This document shows positions 32,725-35,300 of a stretch of DNA of 35,300 nucleotides, piece after piece. Positions within the stretch are counted from its first letter, which is position 1; each line of letters begins with the position of its first letter. The notes under the pieces were generated by a model. The model did not search any database. It saw only the letters and a list, made by a program, of their open reading frames with translations, and was not told the origin of the DNA. This stretch comes from Patescibacteria group bacterium (GTDB lineage: Bacteria > Patescibacteriota > Minisyncoccia > UBA6257 > 02-FULL-45-10c). Location of the stretch: assembly GCA_023474975.1 (NCBI GenBank), contig JAMCXE010000003.1, forward strand, positions 1 to 35,300. The letters are read 5' to 3'. Made by a program: the position numbers and the translations under genes.

Positions 32725-33747
32725 ATGCGCCATTTAAAAGATTGGAAGATCGCCGCGCCCATTATTTTGGTTTTTGTCGCTACATTGTTTAATTGGCGGC
32801 TTTCTATATATTTAGAAAAACCTTGGGGTATTTTCAGCGCTGCCGATTCAGCTTTGGCGGAGGTATCTTCTGATATTCCCGAAAATAATATAGGCGATTC
32901 TGTCGGTGCAATAAGCGGAATGGGATCGATTGATGGAGAAAGTTCTTATAACGTCGCGGATCAGGTAAATTTTGTCATAGTGGACAGTTCTTATCTTTTA
33001 AATAAAGATAATCCGCTTAGCGGCGTTTTGCCCGCACGTGGCGGACTTTTAATATACAAGATCCAAAAAGGTGATAATCTTGCCAAAATCGCTGCAAGCT
33101 TTGGAATATCTTTAAATACTATTTTGTGGGCAAATCCGAATTTAAGATCAAATTCCCTTACGCCCGGAAAAGAAATAGTGATATTGCCCGTATCGGGAGT
33201 TTTATACAACGTTAAATCTGGAGATACGATAGAATCCATCGCTCAGGCGTATTCCGTCGATCCGCAAAAGATCATTTCCTATAATCCGGGACTTTCTCCC
33301 GCCAACCTGAATTCTACGCAAACCATTATTATTCCTAATGGCAAGCCAATAGCCAATACGTACAGTGTCGCCAAAAATTTACCCGATTATCCCGGCTATT
33401 TTGCCATTCCGACCACCGGCTGGAATTGGGGAATTTTGCATAATTATAATGCTGTAGATATTGCAAACGCCTGTGGAACGCCGGTTTATGCTTCGGCTGA
33501 GGGATTGGTGCTGGAACAAACTTCTTCGGGATGGAATGGTGGTTATGGTAGCTATATTTTAATTGAGCATCCAAATAATACAAAAACGCGATATGCGCAT
33601 TTATCTAGATCTGTCGTTTCGGTTGGAGATTATGTTTCGCAAGGAGATCTTATAGGATATATTGGCAATACGGGAGAAACTCATGGACCTACGGGATGCC
33701 ATTTGCATTTTGAGGTGATTGGAGCTAAAAACCCATTTGCTAAATAG
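32725..33747 (+). CDS. Membrane-anchored peptidoglycan hydrolase with two LysM domains and an M23 metallopeptidase domain
   Basis: LysM domains YKIQKGDNLAKIAASFGISLNTILWANP and YNVKSGDTIESIAQAYSVDPQKIISYNP. M23 motifs HNYNAVDIA, GTPVYASAEG and HLHFEV. ATG 32725 is preceded by AAGGA; the track starts at TTG 32722. Confidence 0.85.
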   Translation: MRHLKDWKIAAPIILVFVATLFNWRLSIYLEKPWGIFSAADSALAEVSSDIPENNIGDSVGAISGMGSIDGESSYNVADQVNFVIVDSSYLLNKDNPLSGVLPARGGLLIYKIQKGDNLAKIAASFGISLNTILWANPNLRSNSLTPGKEIVILPVSGVLYNVKSGDTIESIAQAYSVDPQKIISYNPGLSPANLNSTQTIIIPNGKPIANTYSVAKNLPDYPGYFAIPTTGWNWGILHNYNAVDIANACGTPVYASAEGLVLEQTSSGWNGGYGSYILIEHPNNTKTRYAHLSRSVVSVGDYVSQGDLIGYIGNTGETHGPTGCHLHFEVIGAKNPFAK

Positions 33748-34020
33748 TTTCTTGGCGCGATACTTGCAAATTTTGTCTAAAACAAGGAACGAGGATGAAA
33801 TTGCGGCATTAGCTGCATTTCCGACGAGTGACGCAGTTATGGCCATAAATTTGCAGTATCCCTTTGGGTTGTTGAATAAATAAATCATTTCTATGTTGCT
33901 CCTCCTCGATGTGGCTACAGCCACTACTTCGTCGTCGCGCCTTGAACTGATCTATTTATTCGGACAACGCGCTCAAAAACTATTTAGTAAATGGGTTCTA
34001 ATCCATTTGCTAAGTAGTTT
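33730..34020. repeat. Triplicated 20-21-bp segment containing the last codons and stop of the M23 gene (direct, inverted, direct)
   Basis: A is aacccatttgctaaatagttt at 33730-33750. B at 33977-33997 is its reverse complement (20/21). C is atccatttgctaagtagttt at 34001-34020 (18/20, direct). B and C form an 18-bp hairpin with G-U pairs. Confidence 0.7.
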
Positions 34021-34060
34021 TTAGTGAGTGAACTAAACATTATTCTTGTGAGCGACGTCT

Positions 34061-34228
34061 GTCATTGCGAGGCAATCGAAGCAATCTCATAATGTCCGTC
34101 ATTGCGAGCATAGCGAAGCAATCCAGATTGCCACGACTTTATACTGAGCGAAGCCGAATGTACTTTATACTGAGCGAAGCCGAATGTACTTTATACTGAG
34201 CGAAGCCGAATGTACTTCTCGTAATGAC
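34061..34228. repeat. Composite GTCATTGCGAG-family element with an internal tandem expansion
   Basis: GTCATTGCGAG at 34061-34071 and 34098-34108. agattgccacg at about 34124-34134. Closing ctcgtaatgac at 34218-34228. Confidence 0.65.
34138..34215. repeat. Perfect 26-bp tandem repeat, 3 copies (tttatactgagcgaagccgaatgtac)
   Basis: Three identical head-to-tail copies read directly from the sequence, with no spacers. Confidence 0.9.
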
Positions 34229-34321
34229 GAAGCAGAGATGTTTTGCGTTAATGTTTCACAAAAGCGTTAAACATTTGTTTGTTGTTAAACATTTTTATGA
34301 ATATGACATATAAAAAGTTAA

Positions 34322-34377
34322 AGCCCCGCATGTTGTGCGGGGCTTGACCATTTGTTTCACACCGTGAAACAAATGGT
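34322..34377 (-). terminator. Two tandem hairpins downstream of the 34411-35064 gene
   Basis: agccccgca-tgttg-tgcggggct at 34322-34344, followed on the minus strand by ttaacttttta. ccatttgtttcac-accg-gtgaaacaaatgg at 34348-34377. Confidence 0.55.
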
Positions 34378-34410
34378 GGGGTACGTCTAAGGCAGAGCTT
34401 CCTGATCCGG

Positions 34411-35064
34411 CTAGCCGAGAGTTTCTCCCAGCCGAAAGCCTTTAACTTCAGGATCTTTCTGTCCGAGGGCGGATATCGGGTCCTCGAAGACTTTTTCCAG
34501 TATCTGCGCTTGCAGTTTCTGGAGTTCGTCTCCGTTTTGAAGCCGCTCAATAAGGATCTGAACAGCTAAGGCACCGTTACCTTTGACCTCTATCGGTCCA
34601 GGCAGCTCTTTCCTGTTTTTCTTGCCAAGCATCTCCCAACCGCGGACGTAATCTTCCGCCGCTTTTTTGAGAGTGTAAGCAAGAGGCTTTGTCGCATCGG
34701 GGTTGTCAGATAGGTAGTATACCAGCAGCGCTTCGGGAGCGCCCTGTATATACTGCTTCTGAAGTTCGGCTCCCCACCACCTCTTAAGATCGTTGCGCAC
34801 GATCTCGCGATAGGCTTTTGTGAACGCCTTGGTGGTTTCTACGACTTTATTGACCAGTTCGGTTTTTACAGTCTCATCCCGTTGGCCCTTTTTGTTGTGC
34901 CAGGTCAATTCCCTTGCCGCCCTCATTGCGGCGATTGCCAGCTGCATCAGTTCCGGGAATTTGGCTTTGCGAGATTCTTTTTCCCGCATTGCTTTTTCTT
35001 CCTGGAGCTTCTCCATTTTGGCTCTCAGTTCATTGACCTCGTCGGTTCTGTTTTTGCGGCTCAT
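34411..35064 (-). CDS. Hypothetical soluble protein in a G+C-richer segment
   Basis: 217-aa ORF with a strong SD (GAGGAGG, 5 nt before the ATG) and a terminator downstream. I recognise no domain. Composition visibly differs from the rest of the window. Confidence 0.6.
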   Translation of the reverse strand: MSRKNRTDEVNELRAKMEKLQEEKAMREKESRKAKFPELMQLAIAAMRAARELTWHNKKGQRDETVKTELVNKVVETTKAFTKAYREIVRNDLKRWWGAELQKQYIQGAPEALLVYYLSDNPDATKPLAYTLKKAAEDYVRGWEMLGKKNRKELPGPIEVKGNGALAVQILIERLQNGDELQKLQAQILEKVFEDPISALGQKDPEVKGFRLGETLG

Positions 35065-35300
35065 ATAGCCTCCTCATATATACTACTTTTTGGTTTTAGC
35101 TGCCTTTATGCTGCTTTTAAAGAACTAGCTTATTTATATATACTAGCATAATAATAAAAATATGTCAATAGCGTGTACTGGTTCATATGATATCCTCCAC
35201 CCAAGGTTAATAGATATGAACAGAAAAAGAAGATATTCTGGCAGACATATGACTATATATGGATATGTTCTGCCCGGCGCAGTTTCTTTGGCCAACTAGG

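Noticed and set aside
33601-33924. 107-aa minus-strand ORF
   Set aside because: It overlaps the 3' end of the well-supported M23 peptidase gene and the repeat region, and has no motif or start context.
34138-34215. Possible CRISPR array
   Set aside because: The three 26-bp units are directly adjacent with no spacers, and no cas genes are nearby. This is a simple tandem repeat.
34248-34550. 100-aa minus-strand ORF, plus the plus-strand ORFs at 34820-35151
   Set aside because: They overlap the better-supported 217-aa gene, which has a strong SD and a terminator, or run through its terminator hairpins. The higher G+C content produces shadow ORFs.

Overview
AT-rich bacterial chromosomal segment containing the replication-origin gene neighbourhood: dnaN-dnaA diverging from rpmH-rnpA-yidC-jag. 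Other housekeeping genes are tsaE (partial), ruvB, ruvC, a short yebC, PBP1A, a PilB-type ATPase, rsmA, a UvrD/PcrA-type helicase and a LysM-M23 peptidase. Small genes, tight spacing, many anonymous secreted or membrane proteins and short versions of core proteins suggest a reduced-genome organism, possibly Patescibacteria/CPR-like; that taxonomy is inference only. The standard genetic code fits all long ORFs. No rRNA, tRNA or CRISPR array was found by eye.

The main candidate system is a 12.8-kb run of 12 co-directional minus-strand genes (16619-29421), almost all membrane or secreted. Four of them are recognisable as type IV secretion-like parts: a VirB4-like ATPase, a PrgI/VirB3-like protein, a VirB6/TrbL-like polytopic protein, and a VirB2-like TM hairpin embedded in a very Cys-rich protein. 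There is no relaxase, coupling protein or integrase in the window.

The second theme is selfish or structured DNA. GC-rich palindromic repeats (GTCATTGCGAG...CTCGCAATGAC and relatives) are scattered through intergenic DNA. Three are inserted in frame into rsmA (two) and the helicase (one). Other items:
- a 260-bp element with perfect 16-bp terminal inverted repeats between yebC and ruvC
- a promoter-to-terminator candidate structured sRNA
- a four-helix-bundle gene with an in-frame stop inside the secretion-like operon
- a duplicated 3' end of the M23 peptidase gene
- one G+C-richer gene at the right edge
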